Assembly (NCBI GenBank): GCA_903813345.2
Contig: CAIIXF020000001.1
Span: forward strand, 9,114,001-9,178,000
Reading direction: 5' to 3'
DNA: 64,000 bases
DNA from: Owenia fusiformis
Taxonomy: Eukaryota
Part shown: positions 1-51,400 of the stretch, one piece after another
Layout of the letters: each line of letters begins with the position of its first letter
How positions within the stretch are numbered: the stretch's first letter is position 1
Program-made: the position numbers and the translations under genes
Notes under the pieces: model-generated
Told to the model about the DNA's origin: nothing
What the model saw: the letters and a program-made list of their open reading frames with translations, nothing else
The model's database searches: none

Positions 1-759
1 AAATACAGATTATCTTATCAACTCCGATGATTAATGAGGGTGATGATTTAGGTATAATATGTTAAAGAGTCTACTTCTTGTCTTGAATAACACTCAATCA
101 ATCTTGGTTTAACAAACTAAATTATGTATACGCAATGTGATGTGATTGGTGAATAAATACATATCTGAGACAATGGTGGTTTATTTACATTGTTGAAAGT
201 CAACATTATGATAACGTCATGTTAAGTGTGTCAAGGTAGAGAAACAATGTAGAAAACAACCTGATTCGTCAACTTAGAGAAAATTCAAACAATATTAAGA
301 CTTATCATCTTTCATATGTAGCACCAACAAATGGATTTACATCACAAGAGACTGAGCTAGAATGTATATTAAGGGATGAAGGTGTAAATATCGAGGGATA
401 TAGAACACAATGCCAGTAGATTAAATGACATTTACACTGACAACAGGGACTTATATAATTCTTGGAGGTGTCAGGTTGCAATTTCCTGAAACTACGGGAT
501 TGTCTGATAGGAGTGTCATGAGCCTTAATGTAAAATCAGAGATCATACTCCTATACTATGATAATGATCAACATATTGGATCAAAATACAACAATGAACT
601 GTGAAAGAGAATAAAGCAGGCATTAGGCTAATTGATAATACATGCCCAAGAGGACATATTTACAAACAACAATAAGAAAAATACACATACGCAGTTTAAA
701 ATTGTACGTAAACTAGATTTCAAAACTTAAGGTAGGTGTTCATCATATTCAGAACAATT

Positions 760-11618
<10,859 letters not shown>

Positions 11619-12548
11619 TCTGAAAACTCTAACATGTATTCCAACCTATTGAGGTTCTTAGTACATATGAGCAGGAATATTTAGTGTATCTAGGAAGGTC
11701 CGGGATTGGGATGGATACAGGCTGTATCCATCCTTTCCCACTTCTGAAATGGGAACTCAATTTACGTTTTACCAAATTAAAAATTATATTTCAAACTTAT
11801 ACTATATATTTTCAATTTTAATATCAATTTATTGATGTGCTCCAGTAATGTAGGAGTGTAAAAATCTCACAAACTCCTTCTCAAGACTAAGAAAAGATGT
11901 ACCTTAGGTATGTTTTTGAATTTTGGAACTACTGTATGAGGTATGATGTACCTAAAACCTTTGTAGGTATGGAATACATCTGTTTTGTATGGTAGGTTTT
12001 GGATACATGGTTATCCCGCATGAAATATGTGTATGTCCCACAGGAGATACACATATTTCCCTTGGGATAAACCCTGTATCCAAAACCACCCAGTACATAA
12101 CCCATGTGATTACCTTTTAGATACGAAGTCTTAAATCGCAGACAGTTAAAAACAGAAGACTAGTATATATTTATACATACTTAATAAGTTACGAATATTT
12201 ATTAAATGATAAATGAACAAATAAGAAGAGTACAAATAAATGTAACTATCAAGTTCATGTTATTTTTGATATGTAATTATAAAACATAGCTTGCATTGCT
12301 CATCTATACAGAATGTACATATGAATTGTATAACTTGCAAGTAAATGATGAAAACAAATACAAAAGTTAAAGGTTTTGATTTTTAATGACTCAACATTTG
12401 GTAAACTTCAGCACAATGATATTTGGTTTCTACCCCTCAAGAGACCACATCAATGTATCAATGTATGCCCTCAAACCTAATAATGTGGGGATGAGCTCAA
12501 AACGTGTTACTTTTCTTCTTGTCAACATTACAGTAAAACCTGTATATG

Positions 12549-13088
12549 CACACCGGAATAGCCTGACAACGGTAAAGTCAGATATATATATATACCTAAT
12601 AATAAAGTATATAAAGTCAGATACCTTTGTCACAAATGGCGACATATAATCACTTGGTCCTCAATTCATGGGATTTTATTGTCGCTAATTCTGTGCATGT
12701 ATTAAGCTCTTGTGATGATATTTCATATGAAATCCCAATTTCGATCAAATTGGGTCGTGAATCGCTACAATATAGCGTCTTCAATGTCATCAATGATAAC
12801 GGAATCTGAATTTGAGTAATTTAGAAAGACAACGGCATATGGTAATTACAGTGTCCGTTGTCCCATATCTCATTTTGATCAGTTAAATTAGACTTTTAAT
12901 TCGATGGTAGAACATTATTAACTGTACAATGAGTATTAAGACACTTTGATTGATTGTTGTTCCAAAGGAATTTAGTCTAGGTGCTCTATTAAACATACAG
13001 TTCATGAAAATCTAATTGAAGCGACAGTTTTGTCCGCCATTTGTGACAACAGTATCTGACTTTACCGTTGTCAGGCTATTCCGGTGTG
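12549..13088. mobile_element. Non-autonomous DNA transposon with CAC termini and a 5-bp TSD (Transib-like)
   Basis: Perfect 36-bp TIR CACACCGGAATAGCCTGACAACGGTAAAGTCAGATA; TSD ATATG at 12544-12548 and 13089-13093. Confidence 0.82.
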
Positions 13089-15353
13089 ATATGGGAACAT
13101 CTTTCTATATTCAAACAGTTCTCCTTGCAAACACCTTTTCTGTCCCATTCTTTCAATTTAATTTGCCTAATAGACTTTTTTCAATAAAAAAACTTTAAAA
13201 ATGTGTACCAATGCCAATCAAAACACCTTGGCCAGTCCAGTGGTGTATGGATTAGACAGGTTTCACTGCACATTGATTTTAAAGGAAAGTGACATGTTAG
13301 GGGAGAGGGAGGTGTATTTTTTAAAATATGTTTTGGGGCAGCATCAAACATTGACCAAGCCAGTCCATAATCCACATACTTTCTTTACACCTAACATATC
13401 ATTTTCAACAAATAACATTGTTCTTAGTGGTGCACCTGATTGTGTATATGTTATATATGATATGGTATGAGTCAGCTGGACCAATGAGAACGATATGAAC
13501 TTCACTTAAATCAAATTCAGACAAATTAGACATGGCAAGAATCTTTTTTTCTTTTTATAATTTTCTTTTTCCAGCAGAAAGACCAACAATGCATTCAAAT
13601 CTGAAAAAATAATAAATATCAAAAGCATTGAATTCAATAACAGCAGATATCATCAAAAATTCAGTTTCATCAAAGATCCACAGAGAGATATTTGACAAAC
13701 TGCTTAATACACACATACATATACACGGTATACATGTATATAGTCATTTTAGAACACATACATACATTCATTGAACATAAGCTTGATTAAAATGTGAACT
13801 TTGATATAATGTGGTTACATTTAGTACACATCAACACAGTAGCAACTGCTATGTCTGGCATAACTACATGCCAAGATTATAACATGGTTCTCTGGTATAT
13901 TACTTAGGATGAGAGCATACTATGAAAATGATGCATAAATATGAATAATATACAAACAGAACCATTTTATGATCTTCATTTATGATAACAGGCGTAATAT
14001 AATGTCACAATCAGATGAAATATGAGTTAAAGGTAACTGATATAGTTTTAGCATGGACAAAAGATGATGAACAATATACATAGGTGAAATATGAGGGCCT
14101 CCTATTTTACACATGTTAATATTACACTGGTGGTCATCTGGGTAGATGTTTGATTTTGCACAAGTAGAGACATTACACATACATTTGGTATTATACAATC
14201 CTGAATTGCCAAGTACATTAAAGCCTATTAAGTGGAACACCTCCATAAGTAGAACACTTCCAGTCCAGTTACCCAAATTAAAACTGTAAGTGGAACACCT
14301 GAAGTGGAACATTATTTTGAGGCACCAAAGGTGTTCTACTTACAACAGGTTTTATTCTTACAAGAGAACAAGAGAATGCTTCATGAAAGAAATGCCCATC
14401 CAATGAAGTCATTCAAATTCTTGTGGTAAACAAAACAATTAATATCTGGGTTCAATGTTCCATTATGCAACATGATTATTAGCTTCATGGGTGTGCATTC
14501 TGAATTCAATTTTCAACAGTACTGTATCAATACTTTTAACCATGAAATTAAAATAATGTTACAATATTATGTTAATGTGTTCACTGTAACAATCCCCCTG
14601 GTCTACAATCTACTGTTAAATCCAGGCAGGATTCCTTATAAACATGAATGCAATGCTGTATAACATTATCAACAATTGAACACCTCAACTATCTAGTCCT
14701 ACATTCAATGAAAAAATACTTGCATGCCTTCAGCTTTATAATTTAATGCAACCAGCATCATAATATTTATCATTAAACGTATGACTGTATAACACTAATC
14801 TACAGAATTGAACACTTTACAAATACATTTAATTTGGTTTAACTTAAAGGCACATTACCTATCACTTTACAATAATGCATCAATGATAATAAGAATTTTA
14901 TAGAAGAATGTTTGTCATAATACTTTTTGGATATGCTAGCAACTCGATTCTCTCAAACCAGTGCTAAAATACCTTGATTTTATAAAAGATTTAGATCATT
15001 ACTTATATAGCATTAACAAAAAGCTGTCTATCAGATATGTCAGAATGAAACCAGCAAGATATTAAGCTAAATTGAATTTTGCATTAACCCTTCGCAAATT
15101 CAGGAATATTACGTTTGCATACCTTTGTCAATTCTTCATTTCAAAGCCAAGGGAGGCAATCAGAAGAGCATTGGTCCAATTTGGATAATGGCAATTGGGG
15201 TATTCCACATATTGCCACTCATTTCTGTTTCATTTACTTAAATGCATGACTGCATGATCAGTTTTTAGTTTTAATATTGTGCATTGTTGCCATGGATACA
15301 AAGGTACCCATAATGCAACAGCAAATGTTTGGCATTATATAATGGAGAGCCAT

Positions 15354-29354
<14,001 letters not shown>

Positions 29355-29879
29355 TATTCCCTTGCCTATAGGCCTGATACAAAACTCCTTGATCCTACAA
29401 ATCATACATGTACAATATCTGTGTTGTTCGCATCCCTAATTTGGAGAGAACACGTACTTTGTCTAGAAGCACTTCCTCTTGTATTTATTTTGGGCAAATG
29501 TGCTGATTTGTTTATGAAATGAGTCATGTCTGCACATTAGAATAATAAACCCAACATCTAATCCAAGTAGTTAATAAATTATACATATGTACCAGGTCGC
29601 CCTGACCCAATAGGAGAAAACACACACTATATTATTTAAATACAATCATACACGACCTAAGAACAAGTGAAACATAGATTTGATTGAAACATAGCAAAAC
29701 AGGAAATGAAAAAGTTCAAAAGTTTTTACCCGGAAATCAATTCTTCAGGCCGATTTCTTCCAAACATCGATAAGTCAAACTCACCTTCTGTATGTTAGTA
29801 CAATGTTTGGGTATTTGTTAATGTCACTGAAGTATCCAACTTCAGGTATACAGTCAGAGAAAGGCACAGTTTGTAATAA

Positions 29880-30026
29880 ATTCCTGAAATTTTTCACATT
29901 TCTGACTGACCATCGAAGTTAAAGTCACGTGACCTTGAGATTCCCCGATTCCCGTATGTAGGTCAATTTCGCCATTTTTAGAAAAATTGAGTTCCTCCTA
30001 CTATTCCGCTCTTATTGACAATCAAG
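29880..30026. promoter_or_regulatory. Probable bidirectional promoter shared by aPKC and CAPZB
   Basis: aPKC upstream non-coding exon donor (GTGAGT on the minus strand at 29779-29784) and the CAPZB ATG (30027) are about 250 bp apart and divergent; palindromic E-box GTCACGTGAC at 29924-29933; YY1-type CGCCATTTT at 29970. Confidence 0.65.
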
Positions 30027-43112
<13,086 letters not shown>

Positions 43113-46100
43113 GGAAATAATGAGAATGTGAACAGAGTCAGCACAAGGCTTCATCTGATACAGAATGCAAATCCTTGTCTAGAGTTTAATAAACAATACT
43201 AATGGCGCATCAGATTAAGCCACCAAACTTCTGTTTTTGCAATCTGTTTTGGTTAGCACAAATTTAATATTATGACTTGAGATGGTATGGGATGGAAAAA
43301 GTCTGTAATTAAATGATGAGTTCTTAGTATGCAGTTGTTTTTCTGTAAATGGGACATTTAGTGGCAAAGTACATTCAACAGCTTGTTGATAGTTGTTATT
43401 GATAGAAGTGAAGAGTAAACCTAAGTACCACCTTTGTTGGAATCAAATGTGAGCAGTTAATATTAATAATAAGACTTGTCATAGAAAAACAGGTCTTGTA
43501 CCTGACCAGGTTTATATCCACCATTTATTAATAAATATTTTGCCGCAAAAGCATGCAACTTTAGGTCCATTCCAATGAAATTGTTCTTGTTAAGATTTGC
43601 AGCTGTAGTACGAAGTATTGAGTGTTTTGTATTTGTAAAATAAATTCTTCATCATATATGTACGTCAAGCAAAAATTTTGCAAACATTTTGTAAATTGTT
43701 TTTTGTACATTCCAGCTATTTCTATGACGGGACATAAAACAATGTTTTTGCTCCTAATTTAGGAGTTAAACAGATGAGACCACATTTATCCCATCATACC
43801 TTTGTTACCAGACTTTGCATTATTAACAAGTGAAAAAATGTAAGCCTTTGTTGAGTGAACATCTTTTAAATTTTTTGAGGTGGCTGATGAATCTTATATT
43901 GCATTCTAACGTTACAAACGATAACTTAAGTTCAAACTTAATTTGTTAACTCATAAAAAAATGCAATGAAATTTTGCATTTTTAGGAAAAGTTGTATTGT
44001 GTAAACTAAAATTAATGATAAGGACTTCCACTATTTAGTATGTGTTAACATTCTTTTACTTTACTGTCACAACATAAACATAATAAGGTAACAACCAATA
44101 AATATATTTATAGCAAAAATATACTAAATATTATGTATTTTTGTGATATGTGGAGTGTGTCTCCTTGGTTCAAGGATATTTCATGGATATTTATTACTTT
44201 GAGGAATATCATTTTTATCTACAAGGTGATATCTGCATGGTATGAGAGAACGAAGCAAAAGAGTGCAGATATCAATTATATTCTGAAAAATCATATCATG
44301 TTATTATCTTACACTTAGTGTACTATGTATAAAAAATCAACTAGTGGATTAATTGTCGCGATATCCTCCGCACATTGTTTTTAGTATATTATGGCCATAT
44401 CCTCTGGTTATTCATTTTGCCAATAGATATCAAATTTATTTTTCAATGTTACACATTTAGTACACTACATGTAAGTATAAAATAAAATGATATTAATAGT
44501 ATATGGATTTACGATATACCATATTCTCTCTAAAAAGCACACAAACTCAAAAATTAACGTGGAAAGGGAAATGTTGAGAGATTTCAGCTCCTACCAAAAA
44601 CCTCAAGTTCTATACTACAGGAAAAGGAGTAAAATCTCATTTGGTTGTAAGTTCTAAGACTATTCATCACATGTGTACTCTTAGGGGATTTGCAGCCTTT
44701 AGAGAATACAGTACATGGATAATGAAGGAATAGGAGATTTCATAATACATGTATAAGGATTATTAGGCTCCTGGTCAAGACTGTTGTTATTGATAAGCTA
44801 TTTACTGATATGAGGACACCAAGAAATGATCCATTGCTTTGAAGCAAAATTCAATGATGATGCCCGTTCTGGCATATATGGCTCACATCCGATGTATAGC
44901 TGTGAGCACAAAGTGATATGTTTCATAATCGGTACTACATATTCCAAGAATATGTTTTGGGAGTTATCTTAACAGTTTTTACATGAAATTCACAATAAAA
45001 TGTTAGGCCCACCAAATCCAACAAAACACTTTGTGAGCACTTTTAATTTTTTCTGTTCGTCTTAATAACCTACCCACCAAAGTTTGAATGAAGGCAAATA
45101 CGAGACCAACTCTAAACAATTTAAAAATAATTAAGAATAAACAATGTAATTTATGATTGGAAACATTTATTTGGATAATTCAGGTGTTACAAATATCCAG
45201 TCCTATTTCATATTTGCTACAATTGAAGCACAAACACCTGTTCTGAAACTTAACAAAAATACTATTTTTCATGAATCTGATTAACAATTGAAAAGTTATC
45301 TAAGTTTTTATCGATACAATGTCAGGTGTTACCATGGCAAAAATTCAAGTTACCAATTTTACTCGTTACACAATGAGGCATCCACTATAAAGTGAAAACC
45401 AATTCTAAAATACAGCCAATTTTTGTGCTTTATAGCTTTAACCCTGTTTTAAGAGAAAAATTTGAAAATACCAACCATTTTTATAGTTATCTTTTTAAAC
45501 ATATTAAATATCTTATGATACAGCAATATTATTCATATTGAATACATGCTTATAACGGAAGCACAATAAGAAACAAAGAATGAAGACACACAGTAATAAT
45601 AAATATCGCACTTGAAGAGAAAACATCCAACATGCCCATAATCAGGTCTAGATTTACTTACTAAGGGGTACCCTTGAGCATTTTAAATAATTCCTTCAAA
45701 TAGTCTTCCTAAATTCATGATGACAAGAAATGGTGCCTTATTATCCAAGATGGCCGACCAAATGTTGATAAAGTTTTGAATTCGATACCACCTAACAACT
45801 GTACAAAGTTTCTAATGAAAAGAAATATTGAACAGAAAAAATTAAATTGAATTGCTATCCATTCAATACCATTAACATGATGTATAAAGAACTGAATTCA
45901 ATCAGTGGTCTTTCTAGAATGGATATGACATGAAATATCAAAAATTCAAAGTGGCCATCAAAATGAATAAGTTCTGTAATTAGACACCACCTTTCAGTTG
46001 TGCAAATCTGAATCCCATAAGTTTTCAAAATGGCCATCTTGTAATTAACCAAACGTGCCCAAAAACAATCAGATATTGGCTGTAGGCTCCTCTTACAAGT

Positions 46101-46643
46101 GTGAAAATATCAAGTGAAACGAATGAACAAGATTTCTTGTGCTGACTGCCCACACATCAGCACAAGACAATGCCAATGTAGCATGTTTAAATGCAATAAA
46201 AACATTGCAACTAAAAATAATGCACTCTTTGATCAATAAATATCAAACAGACAGGCCTTGATTTCATACTTTGAACTACTGTATCAATAAAGATATTTTC
46301 TGTCAATTTCTCTTCATTTACAGTCTACATGTAACGTTCAATGGAGTACACACTCTTATGTTGATATTTTCAAAATTATGCTTACTGTAGCTCAATTATT
46401 GGGAATCCGTTTCAAAAATACACATTTTGTAATTCATCAGTGAAATAAAATCAGAACACTTTATGACACAGCATACTGCACATGTTTGTGGAGCATATTG
46501 TCTAACACTGTTACACTACACATGTATTTCTTATAGTTTGTTACATGAGGGATGTCAAAATATATTGTATTTCAGACATTCAGACAAACAATATAGACTA
46601 TAATAACACATGATGTAGAAACTATGTCAAAGTTGTACATAAC

Positions 46644-46743
46644 ATGTCACATATCATGTGATACATAAGATGTAATATGTCACACATCATGTGATACATA
46701 AGATGTAATATGTCACATATCATGTGATACATAAGATGTCACA
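46644..46743. repeat. About 3 copies of a ~32-bp tandem repeat
   Basis: ATGTCACATATCATGTGATACATAAGATGTAAT-like unit repeated. Confidence 0.8.
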
Positions 46744-48493
46744 AGCATAACACATGTACATTTGAATAAATTACCACAAACACTTATTCAACAGTTTGTC
46801 ACACATCTTGTCACATGACATGATGTGTGACATAACAAGATATGTGATGTGACATATGTGACAATAAATGATGTTGAACAGATGACAGTTTATGTCACAG
46901 ATATTGAATTATGATAAATATAAAATACTCTGTACATTTCTGCTATTCTATTTCATACAGCACTGAGTGTATATTTGTGCACTCCATTACATTATGTTCA
47001 TTGTCATATGTTCTGTGTGTAAAGTTTACAGATTCATCATAAAGAAAAACTTGACAGATTTTATAAGATTCATCTTTACATGTTCATACCTGGCACAATT
47101 TTTTTATTTTTCCTTCCTAGAAAATTTCAAATCTTGAGCGATATACAGCAAATAAAATACAAATCTTAATATAAACTATGAAATCATTAAAAGCTCTAAT
47201 AAAGCATGTATCAAATTAACACAATGATCATATTTACTGATTTAAAAATTAATCAATACAAATAATTGATACATTGGAATTCAAAGCTACTGCAATAAAG
47301 GTTTGAATTTAAAACATTTCCACGCATCAATCTCTTTTCAAACGTCATGATTTAGAAATATCACAAATATTTTCGAGCATTCGGAATAAATGAGCTTATT
47401 GAAAATAAAAAATAATTCAGAGCTCTAACTGATTCATCTACAACTAAAATTGCACAGATTTTAACTTCTTACAGAGTAAAAAATCTATTATTTCAACTTA
47501 AAAGTAAAAACAATAAAATATGGCATAATAATGTGTGAACATTCACATTCCTCCCACATATTGTGGTCCATCAGTTTCAGTTCAATTTCAACATATACAG
47601 TACAGTCATAGAATCATATAGGGATCTAAGCTTTTAATTTACACATATTAAATACGCAAACAATATTTTGTACATCTTAAAATCTAAGCATATTTGTACA
47701 CTGTAATAATATTGACAGAATATCTACATTTATCTGTCGAACTACACTTCATAGTCATACCCCTTACTTTTTTATTTATACATAGTCGGCATTCAACTTT
47801 AATCTCCAGTTTTAGTCTTTTCGTGAAATACATGATTTATCTGTGCAACATATACACAATCATAATGTGTAATCTTGATAAACTACTCGTTAAGGCTGTC
47901 GCTGAATCAGAATGGATTTCAAAACTTGCTCTTAGAAACTAGAACTTTGGAAATCAAATTTTTGTGAAACGAGACAACAATGTGAATTGATTGTACATTG
48001 TTGTAGAGTTCTATAATATATAGTAAATCCTGATTTTTAACCTTGTATTTGTTTTCGTCAGTTTTTTATGACACATCTGTTAGGAAATTCCACTCTGAAG
48101 GTAAGATTGGATGGATCGGAATATTTTCCGAATCAGCCTTACTACTAGCTTTATTCGACCAAAGATTTGGGAGAATTTCTGGATAATTAATTTACATGGC
48201 TCAGTTTATCATGTACTCAATCATTACACTGTGAATGCCTTTGCAAACATGTGCTTTATACAAACCTCCTATGATGTGCACTTAAAACATCCAAAGCAAT
48301 CACTTCTATATCCTACAAGCCACATCAGTTTTAAACAACACGTTTTAATCTAAAAATAGTTAAGTTGATCAGTAATTTACACTTTATGCTAAATATTCAG
48401 TTTTACTTTTCTCATACATAAATCCAGTTTTTCACTCTGGAAAATCACAGTTCTGAATATTTTTTTCTATTTATGTTGAAATTCATTTTGTAT

Positions 48494-51400
48494 TTAATTT
48501 TTCTTCATACTACTGGTGCGTCGTACAGAACTTGACGTTGGTTTCATAAATGACGACCCGGGACTAAAACTGGCCCGTTTTTCTGCTTTAGTTTTAGCAC
48601 CTTCAATATTGGCCAAATTTCCCAAACTGCGACGCAATGAGGGTGGCATAGAACCAGTCTTTGCTGGACTCGCACGTCGCTTCTTATCCATGATGAGCTT
48701 ATCATGTCGCACAAATGTACCATGACGTGACCTGGCTTTGAAGTAACGACGACCTTTCACTGAACCATCATTCTTGCCTGAAATATAATGGATACTCATT
48801 TTATTCTGTCATGTTGAACAGTTGTTCATTATACAATACATAGTGTACATATTTATTTACAGAAATAGAAAACTTATTGAAAATGATTGAAAATTATTTC
48901 ATGTCATGGGATACAAAAGCCATATTACAGTGCAACTTTATTGCAATCCAAGCTTTGATGTCCAAGTCATCATTTTCAATATTTCAGAGATTAAAAGTGT
49001 TGTTAATATTTCAGAATTAAAGTCATTAGAGAAACACATGGCCATCAAATTCGCTAATCCCAGAGAAGCACTACACATCACTCTTCCTGAAACTGAGGAA
49101 AGATTGTGGTAAAGCTATAGAAAATAGGAGATCTACACACAGGTGTGATTCCTCAACATATAACTGTTAACTTACCCTCAGGTTGGTCCAGCTCAACCCC
49201 TACCCAGGGGCCACTTGCGAAGTCTGTCTCCCCCACATATCTCACAGTGCCACTTTTAGATGGTCCTGTGGATGATAGGACGGTGACTGGCTCCCCAACA
49301 ACAATCCATGATGGCACAGGGGATTCATGGAGACGATTCAGGTCAGCTCTGCTACCAAATGAACACATTGACATGCTGTCATCATTATCTGCAAGAAAAA
49401 CAATTATATGAGGCCTAATATTAAGTATGATAGAAACATCCTCTTGAAATTGTAAATAACACTTGCTACTTCTAAATGGCAGACCAAAATGCAATGATGT
49501 AATGGTTAAGTCAGCTATTTCCGTCTCACATTGTGCAACATAGATTAATTGATTTCGGTGTGTAAAGATTTCAATAATTTTATCATGATAATGAATTCCA
49601 TATTTTAACTTGTAAATGTAAGATGGTTTGTTAAGTAATTTACCTGAATGGTCATCAGATCTATCTGACACAAGACTCTCTTCACTTTTCTGACTGCCAA
49701 GGGCTTGATTATCATTGATGATATCCAGCATCGCATCAGGAGTGCTCATAGGACGCATTGGGAATGCTTTCATAGGCCCCCCTGCCTTATGCTCACCCTT
49801 TTTCACACGGAACACTGGCTTGTTCAAGTCTAAACTTGGGGAATGTCTCATTTGAACCTGGGGTAATGGGTTACTAGTGTTCTTGTTAGGAGTTGAATCA
49901 TCAGATATATCTTTGTGTTCAGGGGCATTATTGTTTGTGAGACCAACAGATGTATTGACGGTTTTGTCATTTTCTATAATATCATCTAAAGTTTGTTCAA
50001 TGATGCGTACATTTGTTGAATGGACCTCTAAGTCATCATCTGTGAAATTGGGATTAATGATAACATTGCTATTGTCTGTTTCAATATTAACTTCTGGTAC
50101 ATCATTTTCTACCTTATTTGGAACACCCTCACTATGAATATTCTCCTCCTCATTTTGTACATTTTCCTCATTTTGCACATTTTCTGTGACAGAAAAACTG
50201 CTCTTTTCATTATCTACATGATTTACAATTGAATCAATAGGTTCATTGATGTCTTCAGTTTTCACTTCTTCATGAATATGTTCAGTGTCAGTGTTTGCAC
50301 CTTTATCTTCTATGGTGTCATAAGCATTAGTATCATCCATACCCTCCTTTTTGAGATTTGACTGCAATGGTTCCTCCTCACCTTGATCTTCACACACTTC
50401 AGATGTTTCAAGGTTATGTAACACTTCAGATGTGTTCTTGCTGTTTGATGCTTCATCTGCCTCAAACCCATCTCCACCATCATTTGATGTATCACTTGTG
50501 CTCATGTGATCAATTGATTTAAGCTGAAAATTATCACTTCTAGGTGATGTCACTGGTGAAGAAAATGACTTTTTATCCTTGGCTACAAGTCCCTCAAGGA
50601 AATTCTTGATTTCTAAATCCTTTGGATTGGATTTCTGCCTCTCTAAGGGCGATAAAGGCTTTACAGACTGGATTTTTGTGTCAGCATCAAGTAAGTTATC
50701 CAACTCATTGCTGTACACATCATTCATGTCCTTCCCAGTCATGTTCTTATTGTTCAATGCAGCAACATTATATGCTTCAATTTGTTGGGGCTTGACAATC
50801 TGCGCTGCCTTTCCAGCAATTGTGAACTCACTCCCAGCAGGGATAGCCTTGCTAGGAGAGTTCAGATCACTACTATCTCCATCTAGTGAGCGTTTCTTTT
50901 CCTCTACAGGAGCATCCTCTTGCTCCAGGCTATAGCTCCTAGCACTGAGAGAGTCCTCAGACGAAAGGGTTAAAGTCGAAACTGCTTGGGAGCCATATCC
51001 ACTAGAGGTCATACTGGGGGTGAAACTCTTCACTTGTGCATCATTTAAACTCTCTGACGTTCCTGATGGTGTAATCCCATCATTGTGAATCTTCTGGGGA
51101 CCGCTCATCTTTTGCTGCTCATTTTGCGACTGGTAGGACTCAAACTCCTGGAAGTCATCCGAATCTATGGAATCCTTCATAGGAGAGGTAGGGAGGGACT
51201 TGATGTAGTCATCATCAGACTGCAACAGCAAAGACATCAGTTTAGAATAACAAGAGAACCAGTGAAATAAAACATATAGCTGGGAATCAATATCTTTGGA
51301 ACAACCTTTACACTTTCTTCATCACATTTAACATTAAACATTCCTGACATAGCAATGAAATTGGTATTCCAAAAAGGGATGCTGGTTTGTTTTGTTCATT

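Noticed and set aside
736-759. GTG start given by the ORF track for the GPCR
   Set aside because: In a eukaryotic gene the ATG at 760, which begins a signal peptide, is the plausible start.
43113-48493. 5.4-kb gap between the CAPZB and KIF13 stop codons as a possible hidden gene
   Set aside because: AT-rich with no credible exons; best explained as convergent 3' UTRs plus decayed repeats.
49153-51237. 694-aa ORF as a stand-alone gene
   Set aside because: It is two KIF13 exons joined by read-through of a 255-nt stop-free intron (49389-49643) with canonical splice sites.
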